From Thermoanaerobaculia bacterium (GTDB taxonomy: Bacteria; Acidobacteriota; Thermoanaerobaculia; Multivoradales; Multivoraceae), in assembly GCA_965116145.1 (NCBI GenBank), contig OZ220482.1, forward strand, positions 1,800,850 to 1,864,849: DNA of 64,000 bases. Reading direction: 5' to 3'. The first letter of the stretch is position 1, and every line of letters starts with the position of its first letter. Shown one piece after another: positions 39,531 through 47,634 of this stretch. A program made the position numbers and the translations under genes. Under the pieces are notes generated by a model. The model was not told the DNA's origin, did no database searches, and saw only the letters and a program-made list of their open reading frames with translations.

Positions 39531-40364
39531 ATGCCCGAATTCGAGATCCGCGGCCGCCGGGCCTGCTGCGGCGCCGGCGGCGCCGGCTGGCAGGAGAACC
39601 GGTCCCTGGCCCTGCTGCTCCACGGCGCCGGCAGCGACCACACGGTGTGGGCGCTGCAGGCCCGATCGCTGGCGCAGCACGGCTGGAACGTCGCCGCTCC
39701 CGACCTGCCGGGCCACGGCGCCTCCGAAGACCTGGACGGCATCTGCACGATCGCCGACTACGCCGCCTGGACCGTCGATTTCGCGGCGGAGGCGGCGGTC
39801 CATGCAGGCAGCGAAACGATCGCGATCGTCGGCCACTCGATGGGAGCCTGCATCGCGGTCGATGCGGCGGCGCGGCTCCACGACCGCGTGAGTCGGCTCG
39901 CCCTGCTCGGCGCCGGCGAAACGCTGCGGGTCAACCCCGGGTTGCTGGCCGACACCCTCAAGCGGCCGCTCGAGGCCCACCGGTTCATCGCCGCCTTCGG
40001 CCACGGCGCCGGCGCCCACTTCGGAGGCGCCGAGACACCCGGTCTGTGGATGCTCGGAGCGACGATGGCGCTGCTCGATCGCTGCGAGCCGGACGTGCTC
40101 CACCGCGACTTCGCGGCCTGCAACGAGTGGGAAGGAAGCGAGAGCGCGCCGGAGGTTGCCTGTCCAACTCTCGTCGTCGCCGGCTCAAGGGACCGGATGA
40201 CACCGCCAGGGGCCGGCCGCAGGCTCGCCGACCGCATCCGGGACGGCAACGGCGGCCGCACCAGCTTCGTGACCGTGGCGGACGCCGGCCACATGCTGAT
40301 GGCCGAGTCGCCCGGCGCCGTCACGCGCTCCCTGCGGGATTTTCTCGGCGCCGACTCGCCGTAG
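39531..40364 (+). CDS. Alpha/beta-fold hydrolase
   Basis: LLLHGAGSDHTVW, nucleophile elbow VGHSMGA and C-terminal DAGHMLMAE. Confidence 0.65.
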   Translation: MPEFEIRGRRACCGAGGAGWQENRSLALLLHGAGSDHTVWALQARSLAQHGWNVAAPDLPGHGASEDLDGICTIADYAAWTVDFAAEAAVHAGSETIAIVGHSMGACIAVDAAARLHDRVSRLALLGAGETLRVNPGLLADTLKRPLEAHRFIAAFGHGAGAHFGGAETPGLWMLGATMALLDRCEPDVLHRDFAACNEWEGSESAPEVACPTLVVAGSRDRMTPPGAGRRLADRIRDGNGGRTSFVTVADAGHMLMAESPGAVTRSLRDFLGADSP

Positions 40365-40456
40365 GCCTGGGCCTGCGCCGCCGAAGGCCGTTCGGCCGGA
40401 ACTGACCGGACCGCGAACTTCGCGGCGGGTCGGCTGCGGCCCCGCGGGCGACGACT

Positions 40457-42814
40457 TCAGGGCTGCTCGACTTCGGCCAGACTGCGGGCGAGACGCATCA
40501 GGGTCAGGGCCTCCCGGCGGTAGCCGAACCGGTCGTCGCCGAGGTTCGCTTCGGCGAGCGCGATGACGTCGGCCCAGGTCCAGCCGCGAGTGTAGACGCC
40601 GTTGCGAAGAAGCTGGCCGAAGCCGGCGATCGCCGCCGCGAACCGCTGATCGGAGCCAACCGTGCCGGTGTCGCGAGCGATCGGAAGTTCGATGAGCCTG
40701 CTCGTGTCCTCGCCCGGTTCCTTGTAGCGCAGCCTCAGGAAGGCGAGCTCCCGGGCGCCGGCCGCCCTGGCGGGCGGCTCGACCGCGGGTTCCGCATAGC
40801 GCAGGGCCTCGTGCATGACCGCCGGAGACCCGACCGGCGTGACCTCGTAGATCGCGGTGACCGAGTGGCCGGCGCCGATCTCGCCGGCATCGACCCGGTC
40901 GTTGCTGAAGTCCTCGCGGCGAAGCGCGCGCGTCTCGTAGCCGATCAGGCGGTACTCGGCGACCCTGGCCGGATTGAACTCGACCTGGATCTTCACGTCG
41001 TTCGCGATCGGAAACAGTGTGCCCACGAGCTGGTCGACCAGCACCTTCTGTGCCTCCGCGAGAGTGTCGACGTAGGCCGCCTGGCCGTTGCCGGCCTGGG
41101 CCAGCGCCTGCATCGTCGCGTCGTCCAGGTTGTCGCGGCCGAAGCCGAGCACCGACAGATAGACACCGCTCTCGCGGCGGCGGGCGATGAAGCTCTCGAG
41201 CTGCTCGGGATCCGCGATGCCGACGTTGAAGTCGCCATCCGTGGCCAGGATGACCCGCGTGACCTCGCCATCGGCGGCCATCTCCCCGGCCGTCCGGTAC
41301 GCCAACTGGATGCCGGCCGCGCCCGCCGTCGAGCCGGCAGCGAACAGCCGGTCGAGCGCGGTCAGGATCTCGCCGCGCTCGGTCGCGGGGGTGGCGTCCA
41401 GAACACGGCCGGCACTGCCGGCGTAGGTGACGATCGCCACCTCGTCCGCAGGATCGAGCTGGCCGATCATCAGTCGGAAGGACTGCACCAGGAGCGGCAG
41501 CTTGTTCGGCTCGTCCATCGATCCCGACGTGTCGATCAGGAAGACGAGGTTGAGCGGCGGACGGTCCTCCGTTGCCGGCAGACGCCCCTGGATGCCGATG
41601 TGCATCAGCAGCGTGTCCGCGTTCCAGGGCGTTTCCGAGACGGCCACTGTCGGCCGGAACGGCGCTCCGCGATCTCCGGGCGGCGGATACGCGTAGGGGA
41701 AGTAGTTCACGAGCTCCTCGATGCGCACGGACTCGGGCGCCGGCAGGTAGCCGTGCGTCAGGGACGAGCGGACGACGGAGTAGCTCGCGGTGTCGACATC
41801 GACGGAGAAGGTCGAGACGGGTTCCTCGCTGGCGCGCAACAGCGGACTGGCGGCCTCGTTGGCGAAGGTCTCGGTGCCGGACGGTCGAGCTGCCTGGGGG
41901 GCGGGGAGATATCCCGCCCGGCCGGTTGCCTCGAGAGCACGGTAGTCGGCGCCCTCGACAAGGACCGGGCTCACCAGTGATTCCGGCTGAGCCGACGTCG
42001 ACTCGGCTGTTCCCTGCAGCCGGGCCCGCAGCGGCGCCAGGAACCGTGCCCCCTCAGCCTGCGGGGCCGCCTCCGCCACCGGTACCCGACCGGCCCGGCC
42101 CGTGCTGCCCTGGCGGGAACCGGGCCGCTCCGCCTGCGAGGCCAGCTCTGCCGCCGCAACGGCCAAGGAGGAGTCGGGTGCGGCCGCGGCCGCTGACGAA
42201 TCGGGTGCGGCGGATGTCTTCGGCTCGTCCCGTATCGGCAGCGGCGATTCCGGGCTCGACGCCGCAAGAACGACATCCGACGGCGCACCCTCGGCGGCGC
42301 CCCGAGCGGGCGACGGCGACGGCAGTTCGTCTGCATCGGGAGGAGACGGTGCGGCAGCCGCCGGACCTGCCGGGTCCCGCCCGGCCCCGGATTCGTCAGG
42401 TTCGCCGAGCGGCAGGCCGGCCTCGCGACCGGCCGGTCCGGGTCCGTTCCGGTCGCTCCGGGACACCTCGGCAGACTCGGACGCGGCGCCGGCGTCCGCA
42501 ACGACGGCGTCCGGCCGGGGCGCCGGCTGCCGGTCCGCGATCAGGAAGAGAGCGGCAAGGCCGACGGCCGCCACCACGCCCACGGCGGCCAGAACCGGTC
42601 GGGAGATCAGTGCATTCAGCATGTGTCGTACTCCTTGTTCGAGGCCCGCCCGAATACCGGTGCGGGTATCCGTACGACGGCTCCCGGCCGCAGAACCTTG
42701 GGGCTGGTCGAAGAGCTCCTGCGCGCGGGCCAGGTTCGCCTCCCGCCTCGCGGCGTCCGGCGCCGGCGTGGTGCGCTCGAAGACGCGCTGCAGATCGTCC
42801 AGCGGATCGGTCAT
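40457..42814 (-). CDS. Membrane-anchored vWA-domain protein (YfbK-like), probable anti-sigma factor
   Basis: The start overlaps the ECF sigma stop (ATGA). One TM segment (VLAAVGVVAAVGLAALFLI). A long Ala/Pro/Ser/Gly low-complexity linker. vWA MIDAS motif LNLVFLIDTSGSM. A conserved C-terminal domain follows. Confidence 0.75.
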   Translation of the reverse strand: MTDPLDDLQRVFERTTPAPDAARREANLARAQELFDQPQGSAAGSRRTDTRTGIRAGLEQGVRHMLNALISRPVLAAVGVVAAVGLAALFLIADRQPAPRPDAVVADAGAASESAEVSRSDRNGPGPAGREAGLPLGEPDESGAGRDPAGPAAAAPSPPDADELPSPSPARGAAEGAPSDVVLAASSPESPLPIRDEPKTSAAPDSSAAAAAPDSSLAVAAAELASQAERPGSRQGSTGRAGRVPVAEAAPQAEGARFLAPLRARLQGTAESTSAQPESLVSPVLVEGADYRALEATGRAGYLPAPQAARPSGTETFANEAASPLLRASEEPVSTFSVDVDTASYSVVRSSLTHGYLPAPESVRIEELVNYFPYAYPPPGDRGAPFRPTVAVSETPWNADTLLMHIGIQGRLPATEDRPPLNLVFLIDTSGSMDEPNKLPLLVQSFRLMIGQLDPADEVAIVTYAGSAGRVLDATPATERGEILTALDRLFAAGSTAGAAGIQLAYRTAGEMAADGEVTRVILATDGDFNVGIADPEQLESFIARRRESGVYLSVLGFGRDNLDDATMQALAQAGNGQAAYVDTLAEAQKVLVDQLVGTLFPIANDVKIQVEFNPARVAEYRLIGYETRALRREDFSNDRVDAGEIGAGHSVTAIYEVTPVGSPAVMHEALRYAEPAVEPPARAAGARELAFLRLRYKEPGEDTSRLIELPIARDTGTVGSDQRFAAAIAGFGQLLRNGVYTRGWTWADVIALAEANLGDDRFGYRREALTLMRLARSLAEVEQP

Positions 42815-43368
42815 CGTCCTGTTCCCTCCTGCTCCTCGCGCCGCATCGCCCGCAGCCGCCGGCGCACCTCCGAAAGCCTCCAGCTCACGGTCCCCTCGGA
42901 CACGCCGAGCACTCGGGCAGCCTGCGCGTGGGTCATCTCGCCATCGACCGTCAGCGCGACGGTGTCGCGCAGGTCGGCCGGCAGCGCGTTCATCGAGCGG
43001 CGCAGCCAGTCGCGGTCGGCAGCCGCGGCGTCGGCGGCCGCCCGCCGGTTCGCTTCCCAGTCCCCCCAGCCCTCCGCCGCCTTCGTCCGGCTGGCGTCCC
43101 GTCGCCTGCGGTCATGGGCCGCATTCACGGCAATCCGGTAGAGCCAGCTCGTCAGCCGGGCCTGGCCCCGGAAGCTCTTCAGCTTCCCCGGCAGGGCCAG
43201 GCAGATGTCCTGCGTCAGGTCCTCCGCCGCCTCCCGACGGCCGGTCAGCCGGAAACAGAGCCGGAAGAGCCGGTCGTAGTGCAGGTCGAGAAGCTCCGCG
43301 AACGCCTCGCGGTCGCCATCCGCAGCAGCCTGCGCCAGGTCGCGGTCGGCCCAGGGCACGTCTCTCAC
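42811..43368 (-). CDS. ECF-type RNA polymerase sigma-70 factor
   Basis: Region 2 (FAELLDLHYDRLFRLCFRL...AEDLTQD) and region 4 (LPADLRDTVALTVDGEMTHAQAARVLGVSEGTVSWRLSEVR). The track ORF start at 43725 was rejected because it runs through repeat copy 1. GTG at 43368 or 43359 is proposed instead. Confidence 0.8.
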   Translation of the reverse strand: MRDVPWADRDLAQAAADGDREAFAELLDLHYDRLFRLCFRLTGRREAAEDLTQDICLALPGKLKSFRGQARLTSWLYRIAVNAAHDRRRRDASRTKAAEGWGDWEANRRAAADAAAADRDWLRRSMNALPADLRDTVALTVDGEMTHAQAARVLGVSEGTVSWRLSEVRRRLRAMRREEQEGTGR

Positions 43369-43391
43369 CCTACCGGACCACTCCCCGACCG

Positions 43392-43551
43392 GCAGCCCGT
43401 GGCAGAAGCGCGTGTCGCACCGAGAACGGTCAGGCGCCCGTCCGGCAAGGCGCGATGAGGGAGCATACTGGGGCATATGTGACCGAAGAGCACCGTAGCC
43501 GGACGGGATGCATGGCCGTTCGAATGCAGCGCGATTTCTGCCACGGGCTGC
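43392..43551. repeat. Interspersed ~160-nt palindromic repeat, copy 1
   Basis: Outer arms GCAGCCCGTGGCAG (43392-) and CTGCCACGGGCTGC (-43551) are perfectly complementary. The core GCGTGTCGCACCGAGAACGGTCAGGCGCCCGTCCGGCAAGGCGCGA is shared with the other copies. An internal CCCGTCCGGC/GCCGGACGGG pairing is possible. Confidence 0.8.
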
Positions 43552-43836
43552 TCGACTCTCTTCGCTCCTGGCGACCGCCTGTACCGCGCCTGACATCCTC
43601 GTTCGAAGGTAGGACGCGCGAGGATCGCCGATCCTTGGCGCCAATCGACGACAGAGGGACCGATCCTCTGCCCTCCCGAGGCCGCGGGCAGGTATCGCCG
43701 GCCGCTCTCGTGACGCCGCCGGCACACCGACAGCGCCTTCCCGACGCGCTGGGCCACTGAGGAGATCCGGGGCGAGTCCGGCAGACCGCGGCGCCCCGAC
43801 CCGCCAGGCCGCCGGGGCCGCCGCGCTGCGGGCCTG

Positions 43837-44001
43837 CTAGCAGTCCGTGGCAGAAGTGCGTGTCGCACCGAGAGCGGTCAGGCGCCCGTCCGGCAAGGCG
43901 CGATAGTTACGCATATCGGGAATATGTGAGCGAAGAGCAACGCAGCCAGGCGGGATGCATGGCCGTTCGAATGCAGCGCGACTTCTGCCACGGACTGCTA
44001 G
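43837..44001. repeat. Interspersed ~160-nt palindromic repeat, copy 2
   Basis: Outer arms CTAGCAGTCCGTGGCAGAAG and CTTCTGCCACGGACTGCTAG. Same core as copy 1. Relative to copy 1, one stem position carries a compensatory C->T / G->A change. Confidence 0.8.
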
Positions 44002-44030
44002 TTTCGGCGGCAACCGGGAGGTCCACGACG

Positions 44031-44918
44031 ATGCACCTGTCGATGCACAACTGGATGCGTGCGGAGCCGCTGGAGAAGACGCTCGCGCGGCTCAGGGAGT
44101 TCGGCTACGAGTCGATCGAGATCAGCGGCGAGCCCGAGCTCCACGACACGGCGCAGGTGCGCGGCCTGCTCCGGCGGTACGGCATTCGCTGCTGGGGTTC
44201 GGTCACCCTGATGATGGACGGACGCAGCCTGATCGCCAGGGACGAGGGGGAGCGCGCCAGCTCCATCCGGTACGTCAAGGACTGCATCACCATGGTCAAG
44301 GAACTCGACGGCCACGAGATCTCGATTGTCCCGGGCACCGTGGGCAAGGTCGACCCCGACTCGACGCCCGGGAACGAGTGGCAATGGGCGGTCGAGAGCA
44401 TGCGCGAGATCCGGGAACATGGCCAGGCCGCCGGCGTCCGGCTCGCGATCGAACCGATCAACCGCTTCGAGACGTACTTCATCAACCGCGGCGAGCAGGC
44501 GCTGGCACTGGCCGAAGCGACCGGGCCGGACTGCGGCGTCTGCCTCGACACATTCCACATGAACATGGAGGACGACGACCTCCTGGAGTCGATCCGCCAG
44601 GCCGGCAGCCGGCTCGTCGATGTCCACGTCGCGGACAGCAACCGGATGGCCCCCGGCATGGGAGCGCTCGACTGGCGGGCAATCGTCGAGACGCTGCAGG
44701 AGGTCGGCTACGACGGCGCCCTGACCGTCGAGTTCGTCGCGCCGATCGACCGCACGCCCGCCAACCGCTATCCCGAGGCCGTCGAGACCGAGCCGACCGA
44801 CATCACGCCGGAGCAGAAGAAGTTCATCGAGGACCACGGCAGCAATCTGCTGAGCGACGCCTTCTACACGATGCTGACCCGGCGCTCGGCAGCGACGCTT
44901 CTGCCCCTGATCCGCTGA
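44031..44918 (+). CDS. Sugar-phosphate isomerase/epimerase (xylose-isomerase-like TIM barrel)
   Basis: Trimmed to the ATG at 44031 (MHLSMHNW); the upstream part of the track ORF is repeat copy 2. FGYESIEISGE, LAIEPINRFE, CLDTFHMNMED and HVADSNR...G..DW are present. Confidence 0.75.
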   Translation: MHLSMHNWMRAEPLEKTLARLREFGYESIEISGEPELHDTAQVRGLLRRYGIRCWGSVTLMMDGRSLIARDEGERASSIRYVKDCITMVKELDGHEISIVPGTVGKVDPDSTPGNEWQWAVESMREIREHGQAAGVRLAIEPINRFETYFINRGEQALALAEATGPDCGVCLDTFHMNMEDDDLLESIRQAGSRLVDVHVADSNRMAPGMGALDWRAIVETLQEVGYDGALTVEFVAPIDRTPANRYPEAVETEPTDITPEQKKFIEDHGSNLLSDAFYTMLTRRSAATLLPLIR

Positions 44919-44936
44919 CGAAGAAGAGCGGCCCGG

Positions 44937-45325
44937 TCAGCGGACGGACTTGATGGTCAGCCCCAGGCGGAGCTGCTGCCAGGCGCGGTCGGCGGTCACG
45001 ACCGATTCGCCCCCTCGATTGCCAGGGCGAGGCACGCGCGGTCGCCGAGCGAGAGCCCGAGTTCGCGGGTCCCCGGCCGCAGCTCGCCGGTCTTCTCGGC
45101 TTGTTCCGCCGAGAAGTCCACCAGGCGGAGCCCGAGAGCGCAGAGTTCGTGACGCAGGTCCGACGCCGCCGCGTCGCTGCCATTCGCCGGCGGGAGCTTC
45201 GCTGCGACCTCGGCCCAGTTCACCGTGGACATCACGGCGTCGCGAAGAGCATCGGCCACTACGCCAGCTCCCGGCTCTCCCTGGATAAGAGCCAGGACGG
45301 CAGAGGCGTCAAGTACGACAGTCAG
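44937..45325 (-). pseudogene. vapC: PIN-domain toxin (VapC-like) with a non-canonical CTG start and a 1-nt frameshift
   Basis: Minus-strand reading LTVVLDASAVLALIQGE...NWAEV...LSLGDRACLALAIEG then ANRS-stop. A -1 shift in the G5 run (45010-45014) continues as GESVVTADRAWQQLRLGLTIKSVR-stop (44937). That continuation restores the conserved C-terminal acidic residue. The only in-frame start after the upstream stop is the CTG at 45325, which overlaps the antitoxin TGA. Confidence 0.7.
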
Positions 45326-45585
45326 TCGCTCTCGTCCTCCTGAACGGCTTCACGGCGCCGCTCGGCGATGAGCTCCTCCACGAGGTCGCGGCCGGGCATA
45401 CCGAACCGCTCCGGCAGACGCCGCACCACCGACTCCCGGCTCTCCACCACCAGCCGGCCGCCCTGCACGCGAACGACGAGGGGGTCGCCGGCCCTGAAAC
45501 CCAGGGCCTCGCGTATCGGTCCCGGCACGACCAGGCGACCCTGGGCGCCGAATCGAACACTGACAGGTGAATGTAGATCAAGCAT
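45322..45585 (-). CDS. vapB: AbrB/MazE/SpoVT-fold antitoxin (VapB-like)
   Basis: VSVRFGAQGRLVVPGPIREALGFRAGDPLVV swapped-hairpin motif. Acidic C-terminus. Immediately upstream of the PIN gene. Confidence 0.75.
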   Translation of the reverse strand: MLDLHSPVSVRFGAQGRLVVPGPIREALGFRAGDPLVVRVQGGRLVVESRESVVRRLPERFGMPGRDLVEELIAERRREAVQEDESD

Positions 45586-45616
45586 CGTTCGTGAAGTATG
45601 TCACGACTTGGCATCG

Positions 45617-46192
45617 ATGCCAGATCGATATCACGATGTCTCGGCCGAGTCTCTCTCGGCGCGCCGACTCCGGTCCGATGGCGATAGCATCTGCGGCGTG
45701 GTCAGGGTGCTCCGGATCCAGCACGCGACGGTCGTGGTCGACGACCTGGAGAAGGCCTGCGCCTTCTACCAGCACGAGCTCGGGCTCGAACCGCTGCCGA
45801 CGTTCGACCTCGACTTTCCTGCCCAGTTCTTCAGGATCAACGAAGAACAGCAGCTCCACGTCACCGAGTGGGAAGACCGGACCTCCTTCCGGGGCCACCT
45901 CTGCCTGCAGGTCGACGATTTCGACTCGATCTTCTTCCGCATGCGCGACCTTGGCGCAATCGACACGTCGCCATGGGGCAAGGTGCGGCGACTGCCCGAC
46001 GGCGCAATGCAGATGTTCATCCGCGACCCGGCCGGCAACCTGATCGAGATCTCCTGCCCGAGCGACGTAACGGTCGACGAGTCGGTCTTCGAGGATGACC
46101 TGGTCGACGCGGAAGGCGGCCTCTACCGATCGAACCGCGACGACCCGCGCGGGCTGCACACGGACGAGGCGACGCTCTACCACGGGCGGTAG
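45617..46192 (+). CDS. VOC (glyoxalase/bleomycin-resistance/dioxygenase) family protein
   Basis: IQHATVVVDDLEKACAFYQHELGLE...HLCLQVDD...FIRDPAGNLIEI. The start is uncertain (ATG 45617 or a GTG near 45700). The track start at 45368 was rejected because it overlaps vapB on the opposite strand. Confidence 0.65.
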   Translation: MPDRYHDVSAESLSARRLRSDGDSICGVVRVLRIQHATVVVDDLEKACAFYQHELGLEPLPTFDLDFPAQFFRINEEQQLHVTEWEDRTSFRGHLCLQVDDFDSIFFRMRDLGAIDTSPWGKVRRLPDGAMQMFIRDPAGNLIEISCPSDVTVDESVFEDDLVDAEGGLYRSNRDDPRGLHTDEATLYHGR

Positions 46193-46320
46193 CAGGAACC
46201 GGCAAGTTCCACCAGCGGTCCGGACGGGCCAGGACGGGCCGGATCCGACCGCGCCCGCAACCGGAGGCGCCCTCCAGGCGAGGATCGTGTCCGGGTCGAC
46301 CGACGACCGTGCAGCTCTTC

Positions 46321-47634
46321 TCAGGCGGCAGCGGCGGTGCCCATGCGCCGCAGGACCAGGTCTCGGAGGACGGCCTGGTGCTCCCGGAGCGGCCCGGCAA
46401 TGTCGAGCGTTGCCACGACGAGGCTCTCCTTCGCGCCCGGCGCCCCGATCGAGTACTGCTGCAGGACCGGCTCGGGCGGCAGGCCGGCGTGATGGGGAAA
46501 GAGCAGCACGACCTGCGGACAGTCGTACAGCCGACCGTAGGCCATGAGCTGGTAGATGTCGGCCTGGCTCACGCCCCGCTTCGGGTCCTCGACACGCGGC
46601 GAGATGCGCTTCCACTTCGTGTCGATGACGAGAAGCGGATCGCGGTCAGCGCGTCTGCCCCGCCGGACGATCAGGTCGGGCCGGGTCCGGAAGCGACCTG
46701 TCTTCCCCTCGAACAGGCAGTCGCGGTGGCCGCCCTGGGCTGCAACACTCAGGTCGACGCCGGCCAGTGCGCGGACCAGCAGTCTCGCCACGTAGGCCTC
46801 GAACAGGGCGTTCATCTCGAACAGGAGCGCATGGCCGTCGACCGAGCCGACGCTCGTCCGCTGGTGGCGGTCACCCAGGAAGCGGCGCGCCAGCGACAGC
46901 AGCTCGCGCCATCGCGTGTTCGTCCGGTCGAGCACGATCAGGTCCCAACGCAGGGCGCCTGCCGGCACGTCCGAAACGTCCGCGAAGGCCTGGGCCAGCT
47001 CCCGCAATGTGCGGCGATTGTCGGGCGCCCGGGCAAGGCGGGAGAGCTTGCCGACGACCGCCCGCATGACCTGGTTGAGCGGAGTGTCGGGTGACAGCTC
47101 GTCGAACCGGCAGGCGAGCTTCTGCGGTGAGACAGCGAGCGCAGAGAACTGCCGCGTCACATCGAGACGCCCGCGCAGGGCCGGGAGATCGGCTTCCTGA
47201 TCGCTGTACTGCCGCGGCATGCCCTGGCGCACAGCGCCGGCAAGCTTGCTGCAGAAGAGGCGGATCAGCAGTTCCAGGATCGTGTCGCGCTGCCAGCCGA
47301 GCCGGGTGACGGCGCCGACATCGACGCGCACGTTCCACACCATGGCGAGCATGTGGATCAGCCGGTGGCGCAGCGCGGCGTTGTCCACGCCGCCGCGTTC
47401 TCCCGCGCCTTCGATCTTGGGCAGGATCTCGAGCTGGCAGTCGGGCGTGGCGATCACCCCGACCGTGCCGCGGGCGCGCAGGGCCTCCCGGCCGTGTTCG
47501 AGCGCGCCCTCGCCGTCCGTCCCCGACGACGCCCGCGCGATCGCCGCGATCCGATCCGCGTGCCGGGCCGGAATCGTGGCGTCGTCCGTGCCGTAGCCGA
47601 TCCGCTCCCATTCGCGGATCGTGCGGAGGATCAT
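46321..47634 (-). CDS. mcrC: McrC-like restriction endonuclease subunit
   Basis: The ATG at 47634 overlaps the mcrB stop (ATGA). C-terminal PD-(D/E)xK pattern RPDLIV...LLVIDTKWK...DIYQLMAY. Confidence 0.8.
   Translation of the reverse strand: MILRTIREWERIGYGTDDATIPARHADRIAAIARASSGTDGEGALEHGREALRARGTVGVIATPDCQLEILPKIEGAGERGGVDNAALRHRLIHMLAMVWNVRVDVGAVTRLGWQRDTILELLIRLFCSKLAGAVRQGMPRQYSDQEADLPALRGRLDVTRQFSALAVSPQKLACRFDELSPDTPLNQVMRAVVGKLSRLARAPDNRRTLRELAQAFADVSDVPAGALRWDLIVLDRTNTRWRELLSLARRFLGDRHQRTSVGSVDGHALLFEMNALFEAYVARLLVRALAGVDLSVAAQGGHRDCLFEGKTGRFRTRPDLIVRRGRRADRDPLLVIDTKWKRISPRVEDPKRGVSQADIYQLMAYGRLYDCPQVVLLFPHHAGLPPEPVLQQYSIGAPGAKESLVVATLDIAGPLREHQAVLRDLVLRRMGTAAAA

Noticed and set aside
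40381-40425. Small palindromes (CCGAAGGCCGTTCGG; CCGCGAACTTCGCGG) between the convergent hydrolase and vWA genes, considered as a bidirectional terminator.
   Set aside because: The stems are short, the loops are too small or absent, and there is no flanking T or A run. The evidence is insufficient to call a terminator.
43392-43551. The repeat core GGTCAGGCGCCCGTCCGGCAAGG...GAAGAGCA..CAGCC loosely recalls the SRP (4.5S) RNA domain IV sequence.
   Set aside because: There are four copies in 64 kb, the apical regions differ between copies, and the conserved SRP loop motifs are absent. This is not compatible with a single-copy essential RNA.
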